Source: Ginkgo biloba (taxonomy: Eukaryota; Plantae; Ginkgophyta). From it: a stretch of DNA of 19,306 nt. The notes under the pieces were generated by a model. It saw nothing but the letters and a program-made list of their open reading frames with translations. It was not told the DNA's origin and searched no databases. Positions 1-9,052 of the stretch are shown piece after piece (within the stretch, counting starts at the first letter, position 1; each line of letters opens with the position of its first letter). The translations under genes were made by a program, and so were the position numbers. The DNA lies in assembly GCA_024626585.2 (NCBI GenBank), contig JANKJI020000002.1, forward strand, positions 19,105,625 through 19,124,930, in the 5' to 3' direction.

Positions 1-280
1 TTTCAAACAAGTGTTCACAAAGCAACAGAAGTTGCTTTGCCGGTCCGAACGGTCAACAAGGACTATAACTGACACCCTTGCATATTATATAATTTTTCGA
101 AAACGAAGAATCGCAGACATCTATATTTTCATCCTTCGGACTTCGAGCCGTAACGGGTGAAAATATGACGAAATCGGGACCGCCGATTTAATGACCGTTA
201 CTATTGTCCTGTCCAACGGTCAAAACTTGAATTCTAATTTGGTACCANNNNNNNNNNNNNNNNTTTGTATGGCCGTTTTC
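1..280 (+). promoter_or_regulatory. G2/M-type promoter: MSA (MYB3R-binding) cluster with CHR-like hexamers
   Basis: TCCAACGGTCA at 212-222 is a perfect YCYAACGGYYA. Others: CCGAACGGTCA 45-55, AACGG 152-156, reverse TAACGGTCA 192-200, reverse AACGGCCA 270-277. CHR-like: TTCAAA 2-7, TTCGAA 96-101, CTTGAA 226-231. Confidence 0.75.
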
Positions 281-401
281 TTCATCTTCTCCGTCGCAAG
301 CATCCCATAGAAATCGCTTCCAGAGAGACAAGAATAGTAGCCATTTCTAAGTGAAATCTTTTTGTGGAATTCTTAAGAGAAACATCATTCAAGAGCGAAG
401 T

Positions 402-579
402 ATGGCATCTCCTTTCAGATCTTCTTCTCCTGTTGCAGATAGAAATAAACCTACTGTCCATGGGGGCTTCACTAGCCCAGGAAATGGCAATGGTCTCAGG
501 AAGAGCTTTACTGTCAATGTGCTTCCCAAGGCCCCTTATAAGAATCACAACACTGTTACTCCCGCCAACAGTCCTGCAG
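402..579 (+). CDS. Exon 1 (MASPFRSSSP...TPANSPA)
   Basis: ATG at 402; donor GCAG|GTATGG at 579/580; phase 1 (G+AT = Asp with the next exon). Confidence 0.85.
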
Positions 580-3500
580 GTATGGCTCGTTTTCATTTTT
601 TTCAGCACTGATTTTTTATGGATTGAAAGGAAATAGAGCAGTAACAGGAAATTCATTTTAGGAATTTTATAATAGTTACATTTCTGCTCCGTTGTAATGA
701 GTTCAATCTGATATTTTTTTGGCAGATTATCCTCAGAGAATTTCTCCTTTCAAGGATTCCAGTGCCAGTACCAGGCCATACGATGAGATCAAGGAGAATA
801 ACGCTGAAATCAACCGCCTCTGTCCTAAGTCTGTAGGCGGAAGGTCACCCACATTGCGCAAAGGCATGAAGAGCTTCATGGCCCCTACGTTTTCTGCAGC
901 TTCTAAAGCTACTTCTCCCAGAAAGAGGATTCTGTCTNNNNNNNNNNNNNNNNNNNNNNNNNNNNNNNNNNNNNNNNNNNNNNNNNNNNNNNNNTCGCCA
1001 GTGAAGACCACCATTCCAACACCATCGAAATCCCCTTCGTTGTCTCGGACTCATGCTGTGGAAATCTCACACTCAACGGAGCCGATGATGGAGGACAGTC
1101 TGGAAATTACTAAAGAAGACTCAGTGGATTGTATGGAGGTGGACGAGTTTCAATTCACTCCCGAGCCAAAAAGAAAAACTCGTAAGCTTTTCGAGTCTGA
1201 TGTTCCTCCTCAGCCTAGTGAGGANNNNNNNNNNNNNNNNNNNNNNNNNNNNNNNCTTATTCATTTCTTGCTGCATTTCCTGATCCTGGCGAAGAGGATT
1301 CAAGCCTTCCTCCGTACGATCCCAAGAGGAATTATCTCTCTCCCAGGCCACAGTTCCTTCGGTATTGCCCAGACAGGGGCCTTGACGCGCTTTTCCCCAG
1401 TGGCAATAGTACAGGTGAGGAAGGTTTTGGCGAACACGATTTGGGCAAATCTGAATCCTCTCCTGAGATCGAGGTAAAAGAAATTGNNNNNNNNNNNNNN
1501 NNNNNNNNNNNNNNNNNNNNNNNNNNNNNNNNNNNNNNNNNNNNNNNNNNNNNNNNNNNNNNNNNNNNNNNNNNNNNNNNNNNNNNNNNNNNNNNNNNNN
1601 NNNNNNNNNNNNNNNNNNNNNNNNNNNNNNNNNNNNNNNNNNNNNNNNNNNNNNNNNNNNNNNNNNNNNNNNNNNNNNNNNNNNNNNNNNNNNNNNNNNN
1701 NNNNNNNNNNNNNNNNNNNNNNNNNNNNNNNNNNNNNNNNNNNNNNNNNNNNNNNNNNNNNNNNNNNNNNNNNNNNNNNNNNNNNNNNNNNNNNNNNNNN
1801 NNNNNNNNNNNNNNNNNNNNNNNNNNNNNNNNNNNNNNNNNNNNNNNNNNNNNNNNNNNNNNNNNNNNNNNNNNNNNNNNNNNNNNNNNNNNNNNNNNNN
1901 NNNNNNNNNNNNNNNNNNNNNNNNNNNNNNNNNNNNNNNNNNNNNNNNNNNNNNNNNNNNNNNNNNNNNNNNNNNNNNNNNNNNNNNNNNNNNNNNNNNN
2001 NNNNNNNNNNNNNNNNNNNNNNNNNNNNNNNNNNNNNNNNNNNNNNNNNNNNNNNNNNNNNNNNNNNNNNNNNNNNNNNNNNNNNNNNNNNNNNNNNNNN
2101 NNNNNNNNNNNNNNNNNNNNNNNNNNNNNNNNNNNNNNNNNNNNNNNNNNNNNNNNNNNNNNNNNNNNNNNNNNNNNNNNNNNNNNNNNNNNNNNNNNNN
2201 NNNNNNNNNNNNNNNNNNNNNNNNNNNNNNNNNNNNNNNNNNNNNNNNNNNNNNNNNNNNNNNNNNNNNNNNNNNNNNNNNNNNNNNNNNNNNNNNNNNN
2301 NNNNNNNNNNNNNNNNNNNNNNNNNNNNNNNNNNNNNNNNNNNNNNNNNNNNNNNNNGAGGAATGCTAAGCTTGATGATGATCTTGATGGGAGACCTGAG
2401 GTTGCCCTGTCCTCTGTCTCACAAGAAGAAGAATTTATACGTTTCATCACTTCATCTGAATATGAAATAGTTTCGATTTTTGAAGAATCTTCCTCCTTGT
2501 CTTCTTCTAAGCTACAAGAAGAGGAGCTTACACTCAGTGCAGTAGATGATTTTGAAAAATCTGTACTCTTCCCTTCATCTGGATTAGAAACCTTTGCTAC
2601 TGTAGAGGAATCACTGTTGAAAGTTCATTCTGAAGAGATACAGGGCATCTATGCAGATGCTTCTGAACTAGAAAGCCATGCTGGAATTGCTGAAACAAGT
2701 CTGGTTTCAGACCCAGAGGAGATGTTGGTATCAAAACAAGGGGAAGATTTACAGGTCAAAGAAGCTTCAATTTCACATAGTGGAACAGAAATCGACCATT
2801 TTGACAAAGAATCAGAGACACTAGACAGGGAGAGCACAACCTCAGAGGCCTTAAGTGGCGAAAATGAAATTCCCCATGTTTCTCAGCCTGAAAGTAATGC
2901 TGGGTATTTTGACAAGGACCTTGAATTCACAGGAAGCACCAAATCTATGATTTCTGAAACAGAGGAGGGTAGAAGAGAAGAACTTTCTTTATTTGGTGCC
3001 AAGGAGTTTAAGGACTCCGAAGTTCACACTTCCCTCATGCCAAGTAGATCAGCCAGCGAAGTCCTACTGAGCAGTACTACAGCTGGTCTGTCATTTCTAG
3101 TAGTTGCTACAGTAGCTGCTATATATTTTGCATCTGCCTCTCGGAAGGGCAGAAAAATCTCTAATGATGATGCATCTACTGAGAAAGTTAAAGCAAAGAG
3201 AGAAACAGAAGGCAACTACTCCCTACCTGTTGAAAACATGGAGAAGACATACTCTCGGATGCTCTACTCTTCAACCTTGCAACAGAGAAAGGAGAAGCTA
3301 GTGCAGCCTAGTGCACCCAGGGTAGAATTTCTTGCCAATTATCTTCCAGCAGAAATGAGCACTTCTGATAGAAATTTCAGTCAAATAAGTACACAAGATG
3401 CTAATGTCCAGACCTATGAAAGGAGGGTTCGAAGGAGAAATAGCATGTCCTCTGAAACTCAGCCGGACTATACACTTACTTCAGACTTCTCTGCAGATTC

Positions 3501-4136
3501 CCCTTCCTATGGAAGCTTTACAACTTATGAGAAGCTTGTGCGAAAAGAGGTAAATTTCTCTTCTGAATCTGTCAATTGTCTCGTTACATTCCATGCAAGT
3601 CTTGTGAACATGGCCTTAATTTTAATTTTAATTTTTTGCCTTTTTTTCCCGGAAAGCCAATAATTCCTCCACTCTAGCAGGCATCATGGACTTTGGTTTA
3701 GAATTAGCAGGTTACATCAGAACAGTATGCTCCACCCTGTATATATGTTTTAATAATATAGGGAAAACATGATCATACTTTATCCTAAAAAAACTTCTCT
3801 ATTTAAGAAGCCCAATAAAAGGAATTTTCTGAAATTCTCAATTACTCTGAATTTCAGATGGACTCTTTTGAAAAGAATTTTAATCATCTGTAACACGAAA
3901 AGTCCCTTGTGATAATGCTAGGGATCATGCTGAAAATTCTTGCAGTAGCCTACAAGAATTTGTTGTGAATTCTTCTTAGCGTTTGATTTCTAGTCTCCAA
4001 AAGTTTGTGGAACCTGAGATTTGCTTGGGTTGTGTGAAATGTGTAGGCTACTGCAGATGAAGAGCAGAAGGTGATGCAGGTAACTCCCGTGAGAAGATCA
4101 AGTAGAATTCGCAAGCAAGCAATGTCTCCACAGTGA
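402..4136 (+). CDS. Spliced gene for an uncharacterised plant transmembrane protein (At1g16630/At2g16270-like family), ~1000 aa; model join(402..579,726..3549 with a frame break or extra intron at ~1218-1294,4047..4136)
   Basis: GT-AG introns 580-725 and 3550-4046 join in the correct phase. Ordered motifs: TPANSPADYP, KEN, KSFMAPTFSAASK..SPRKRIL, PPYDPKRNYLSPRPQFLRY, a hydrophobic helix, SPSYGSFTTYEK and VTPVRRSSRIR. The family assignment is recalled, not searched. Confidence 0.85.
726..1217 (+). CDS. Exon 2, 5' part (DYPQRISPFK...KENN...FMAPTFSAASK...SPRKRIL...PPQP)
   Basis: Acceptor TTTTTTTGGCAG| at 725; open in the 719-ORF frame, which is kept across the 57-nt N-run 938-994. The 3' boundary is uncertain (see findings). 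Confidence 0.8.
1258..3549 (+). CDS. Exon 2, 3' part (or exon 3 starting at 1295): PPYDPKRNYLSPRPQFL, masked block, acidic region, TM helix, SPSYGSFTTYEK
   Basis: The frame of the 1441 ORF is open from 1258 and is the same on both sides of the 871-nt N-run. Donor GAG|GTAAAT at 3549/3550. Confidence 0.8.
4047..4136 (+). CDS. Terminal coding exon ATADEEQKVMQVTPVRRSSRIRKQAMSPQ*
   Basis: Acceptor GTGTAG| at 4046 in phase 0; contains the family C-terminal TPVRRSSRIR motif; TGA at 4134-4136. Not in the ORF track. Confidence 0.85.
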   Translation, partial: ATADEEQKVMQVTPVRRSSRIRKQAMSPQ

Positions 4137-4436
4137 AGATGGGTAAACAGCCAGTCTGTTCTCTTTACCCATTGAACAAAACTTTCCTTGTTCCTGGGCA
4201 AATATCATATGTATCAGAATTCAATTATACTTGTTCTCCCTCATTCTTCATGGAATGACGGAAATCTACGACTCTTGAATTCCGCGAAATGTATTTCCCA
4301 TTAAGCCAGCAACATGAGAATGATGTAAGGAATATATATTCCATTGTTCATCATCCGAACTAATCAATTATATTTATTTGCACAATTTCCATTCCATAAT
4401 GGTGTTCAATGTGGTATAAGTCATATACGTTTCTCT

Positions 4437-4704
4437 ATTGGAATCGCTAAAAAGCAATGAGGGCCTCAAATTTGGTCCAAAATAGATGAAGCAGGGTCTC
4501 TTCCACATGATTAAAAAAGAAACTTGAATTGGATTCCAACTTTAGCTANNNNNNNNNNNNNNNNNNNNNTAGCCCATTATTCCAATCCAGCAATTGGAAT
4601 CCTTAAAAAGCAACGAGGGTCTCAAATTTGGTCCAAAGTAGATGACGTGGGGTCTCTTTCACATGATAAAAAAGGGAACTTGAATTGAATTCCAACTTTA
4701 GCTA
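4437..4704. repeat. Diverged direct duplication, ~112-bp units (4437-4548, 4593-4704), period 156
   Basis: ATTGGAATC..AAAAAGCAA.GAGGG..TCAAATTTGGTCCAAA.TAGATGA...TTCCAACTTTAGCTA occurs twice. Confidence 0.9.
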
Positions 4705-5287
4705 ATCTCTAGCCAATAGGTACCCTGTTATACAAGTTCAACTAGCAAAAAAATATTTTTCTTTTCTTTAACATCGAAGACCTAAATCAATAAGCTTTCT
4801 ATTCACCTTAGAAGGTCTAAGAAGAGCCAATAACTTCCTTACTATGAAGTGTGTACACAACTATTCAACACCCAAGCCTAGTCTAGCCACTAGGTTTGGG
4901 AGTGGTCTATGCGGCCAACAATTTAATGCAGTTGNNNNNNNNNNNNNNNNNNNNNNNNNNNNNNNNNNNNNNNNNNNNNNNNNNNNNNNNNNNNNNNNNN
5001 NNNNNNNNNNNNNNNNNNNNNNNNNNNNNNNNNNTACTCTAAGCCATAAACTTGCCCCTAACATTCTATAGGATTGTCATAATAATTTTGTATGACAAAT
5101 CTTCATGAGAATTTGGAAGACCCCAAATATATTTTTGAATTCTATTCGCTAAAATTATTTCCTTGTTCTAAAATCCCACATATTTCTCACCATACCTTTT
5201 TTATACTAAACATGAGCCAACTTTGGGAATGTTTTGAACCCAANNNNNNNNNNNNNNNNNNNNNNNNNNNNNNNNNNNNNNNNNNNN

Positions 5288-5418
5288 ATTGAAAGTCTAA
5301 CAAAAGACAATCATTTCTCCCATAACGTCTAGATAGCCCATTAAGCTTCAGTAGTCAGTTCCACCAAATTAAAAGTCTAGCAAAAGACAATCATTTCTCC
5401 CATAACGTCTAGATAGCC
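5288..5418. repeat. Direct repeat, 51-bp units (5288-5338, 5368-5418), period 80
   Basis: AAAGTCTA(A/G)CAAAAGACAATCATTTCTCCCATAACGTCTAGATAGCC occurs twice. Confidence 0.9.
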
Positions 5419-5866
5419 TTGAAAGTCACGCATTCCTTTATTTCAAACTTTACAAGGCAATCAAAATATGGCTTATATCAAGGCCTTTTCAATACCTTAC
5501 TATATACTAAAATTGATTCATACTCGCCATGTACTATCCCTAGTGAAAGCCCTAATAATTAGTTTACAAGCTAGAGCCACAACCCTATGCTTTGATATCT
5601 TTGATACCAAACCCATCAACTTCCTTTTTAGGGAGTGATCTCATTTCTAAAGAGCCACTCCAAAATAAGTATCTACATAAAGTTGTTATTTCTTTATGAA
5701 TTGAATTTATGGGGAGTAAGAAGGAAGATAAATTTATTAAATCATGGATGCATTTAAGAACTTCTTCTCATCAAGAGGAAAATGTAGACATTTTTTTTTA
5801 ACTATGATTGCATTTGAGGGTTATAAATTGGATCCTCCAAATTATCGCATTCCTCGTTGTAGTAAT

Positions 5867-5953
5867 ATATGTTCAATGATTTGTAAATTCTTGATATAAA
5901 GTGACATTACATATGTTCAATGATCTATAAATTCTTGATATAAAGTGATATTA
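5867..5953. repeat. Tandem duplication, period 44
   Basis: ATATGTTCAATGAT.T.TAAATTCTTGATATAAAGTGA.ATTA at 5867 and 5911. Confidence 0.9.
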
Positions 5954-6071
5954 TTTTTAATTAGTATTTAGTGAGCCATTCAATGCTTTGGTTTTTTCAT
6001 GTACACTCTCATGTGCTTTTGGAGCATTGCTAAATCAACTATAGAGACAACCTCTCTACATGTTTTTTATA

Positions 6072-6702
6072 TGTAGAGGTTATGAGGAAAATGTTTCTCT
6101 TTGTTATAATGAATCATTAATGGCTTCCAATAGGGTGATATAAAACATATGGAACTTACATATGTATCTCTAAGATTTTTTAACCTTGGTCATGAAAATA
6201 ATTACTCTTTATGACTAGAAACACTCTTGGGTATAAGATAATCTATGAATACTATAATACTAAAATTAAAGGCATGTTCAACCACCCCCTCGTTACTGGA
6301 TAATGTGCTAATAATAAAAAATATTACAATAAATAATTTATTAATAAAGTATCATTGANNNNNNNNNNNNNNNNNNNNNNNNNNNNNNNNNNNNNNNNNN
6401 NNNNNNNNNNNNNNNNNNNNNNNNNNNNNNNNNNNNNNNNNNNNNNNNNNNNNNNNNNTTAACAAATCTTAATTAAAAAGAATGCTTATAACTGAGGGTC
6501 ACCTCTAGGATAGGAAAGGAAGTCTTAAAGTTATATATAGGCATAAAAACCTCATTATTAATCATCAAGGGTGAAATATCTTCTATTTTCCCTCATTTGT
6601 AAGAAGACATTTGATATAAGGGAGGCAAGTGCACCCCCAAATATTTTAATAGATTACTAAAGTCTTTTATCATTTAGTAAGGTCTAGTTTGGGTCCCTTA
6701 CA
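6072..6702 (-). mobile_element. Solo LTR (631 bp) with 5-bp TSD TTATA
   Basis: Termini TGTAGAGG...CCCTTACA (TGTA/TACA); TTATA at 6067-6071 and 6703-6707. The minus strand reads CCTATATATA near 6532-6541, from which the orientation is inferred. Confidence 0.65.
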
Positions 6703-6898
6703 TTATATGTTTCAAAAGTGATAGACATTATTAATGTCAAAACATGATGACTTTAATCATTATTTATCAAAATAAAATTTTACAATTTAAAATTGAGACT
6801 AATAATCAATGGGATTAATATATTTTTTATTTCTTTAATTTTTAGATATCTCCTTAATTTAAATATAAGAATTGGTTATATCTATGATGAAATATTAT

Positions 6899-6996
6899 CA
6901 ATAGTGTTAATAACAAAATAAATCATAATAATAATTCATTAAGAAAATGTCATTAATGGTGTTAATAACAAAATAATTATAATAATAACTCATTAA
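6899..6996. repeat. AT-rich tandem duplication, period ~55
   Basis: GTGTTAATAACAAAATAA...ATAATAATAA.TCATTAA at 6904 and 6959. Confidence 0.75.
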
Positions 6997-7139
6997 TAAT
7001 GTATGTAATTAAATTGTATAAGAAGATACTCTTAGTTCATATATTTATTTGGTGGATGATCTTTGATTAAAAAATAGATTATTCAAACTTTAGCATTAAA
7101 TGAAGTTTCATCCATATTCATTTTTTATTATAGATAATA

Positions 7140-8147
7140 TCTATACTATTATACAAAAAACAGTCATGTCTATCTGATCACTCCCCATCAATGTTATAAA
7201 TAAAATAATTTTCAAGAAAGTTGATTAATAAAAAATGGAGATCCTATAAATTTAATATAGTAACTAATGAGGTGATTTGATGCATTTAAGAAACATGAAG
7301 ATAAACAAAGTTAGCAATCATATAACAAGCAATGAATCTAATCATTATAACAATTGAGAGTAATTTATTGAACATAATAAGCATGTAGATATATAAACTA
7401 TTATATTAAATCAACCATAAAGTATGAGATACAGTTTTGAGATTCTTTTAAATTTAAATGTCTAGACATTTCTTGGCTTGATTTAGATTATGTATGCTAT
7501 GTAAATGTTATCACATTGTCATAGTTCTAAGCCAAGGAACATGTCAACAAGGCTCCATGTAATTCTCTATGTAAGCATTCAACTTTGGATGCTAGACATT
7601 ATAGACAAGATATTAAGAGCAAAATAATAATAAATAAATAATTTGAAAGAAATAGGATATTCAAGTTTCATAGATTTTCAAATGAGTAGAAGCAAAAAGA
7701 GTGATAGGCTGATGGGTTATTAAATTCTTTAGAGCTATGTAGAAATCCATTTGTGAGAACCTCTGTGCACAAAATAAAACTACGATGGTAAGATATTGGC
7801 GAATTTGCCCACCGCTAGAGTAAATAAATCATAACCATAAGTGACCAATGCATATGGTAAATATATGAAACATAGAGCATCAACACTAAATTTAGAAATT
7901 TTATGGTGGCAATCATTAACGAGAAAAATATATTACACATTTATTATGTGTAAACGTAAACAAGGGTAAATCATTAAACATTAAGTCTTGAAATGTATTT
8001 ATTACGTCATGAGAAAGGAAATATAATCATTTATAATCATATCCTCCAATTATTGTATCCTTGAAATTTTATGTATTGTATGAAGATAAATTAATACTCA
8101 ATTTAGAAATATTGTTATGGCAATCATTTGCCATGGGTATGTACTAG
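7140..8147 (+). mobile_element. Non-autonomous Helitron (~1 kb)
   Basis: 5' end A|TCTATACTATTATA at 7139/7140. 3' hairpin ATGGCAA-TCAT-TTGCCAT (8117-8134), then GGGTATGTACTAG|T (8147/8148). A-T target site with no TSD. Confidence 0.7.
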
Positions 8148-8339
8148 TATATACCTATATAACTATATAAATATATTAACAACTAAATGGAGAAANNNNN
8201 NNNNNNNNNNNNNNNNNNNNNNNNNNNNNNNNNNNNNNNNNNNNNNNNNNNNNNNNNNNNNNNNNNNNNNNNNNNNNNNNNNNNNNNNNNNNNNNGTGTA
8301 GGCGAATTCTAGTCAGTAGAGGGGAACTTGCTTACAACT

Positions 8340-8828
8340 CATTTGCAACTTATATGCGAGTGACTCACTTTTAGCTTATAGGGAGGTGGTTGACTTGTAA
8401 CTTACTTCACTTGCAACTCATGTGCAAGTGGCTTACTTGTAGCTTGTATGCAAGTCACTTCTCTATTGGGTTAGGGTGTAGGATATAAATGAAATAAAAT
8501 CAGGTAATGTTCACTCCAATTGCGAGTGAACCAAAGATGGAAAATCCATGGGTTTATATGTGTCACTCAGGTCCACCTGCAAGCAGAATGCAAGTGAGGA
8601 AGAATTGATTACATGTGGGTTATTAAGCTTCACTTTCACTACAACTATAAGTGAGCGATTTTTCTCTTTGCCACTGGTTCACTTTTAAATCCATTTCTTA
8701 TCACTTTCAAATGAGATGCAAGTGACATTCCTTGTGTCTCTAGCTTAATCTGGTCTGCCGATGGGTTTCACTACATCTCACCTACACTCAACATGTAGTG
8801 TCTCTTACCTTCACCAGATGTGCAAGTG
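8340..8828. repeat. Array of ~10 degenerate palindromes CACTTGCA-N7-TGCAAGTG
   Basis: Units at 8340, 8366, 8408 (perfect), 8434, 8506 (right arm only), 8574, 8631, 8702, 8779 and 8806. Confidence 0.75.
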
Positions 8829-9052
8829 AATTGGCTAGCCTGCATTTAACTTGAAAATGATTATGAACAATTTAGAATTTGTGTTATGATGGCCTAGATG
8901 GAGTCTTCTATGGATCCAACCTAGATCAATGGCCTAACTGAATAAAGAAGGCCAAGAGAAGGAAGTGATTAATGAGGAGGATGAAAAGTTTGATATAGAA
9001 ATGTGGTCATTGATCATATAGCTAATAAACACTTTAAACCCATTATGATCTT

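Noticed and set aside
1256-1477. C-terminal part of ORF 719..1477 (LIHFLLHF...)
   Set aside because: Wrong frame; the family motif PPYDP...PRPQFL is in the other frame.
3550-3663. Hydrophobic C-terminus of ORF 1441..3663 (ALILILIFCLFF) as a TM tail
   Set aside because: It is read-through into a T-rich intron after a good donor at 3550. The conserved C-terminus is in exon 4047-4136.
282-4201. Minus-strand and alternative-frame ORFs over the gene, including the long X-filled ones
   Set aside because: They are shadows of the real CDS or are inflated by N-runs, and have no motifs.
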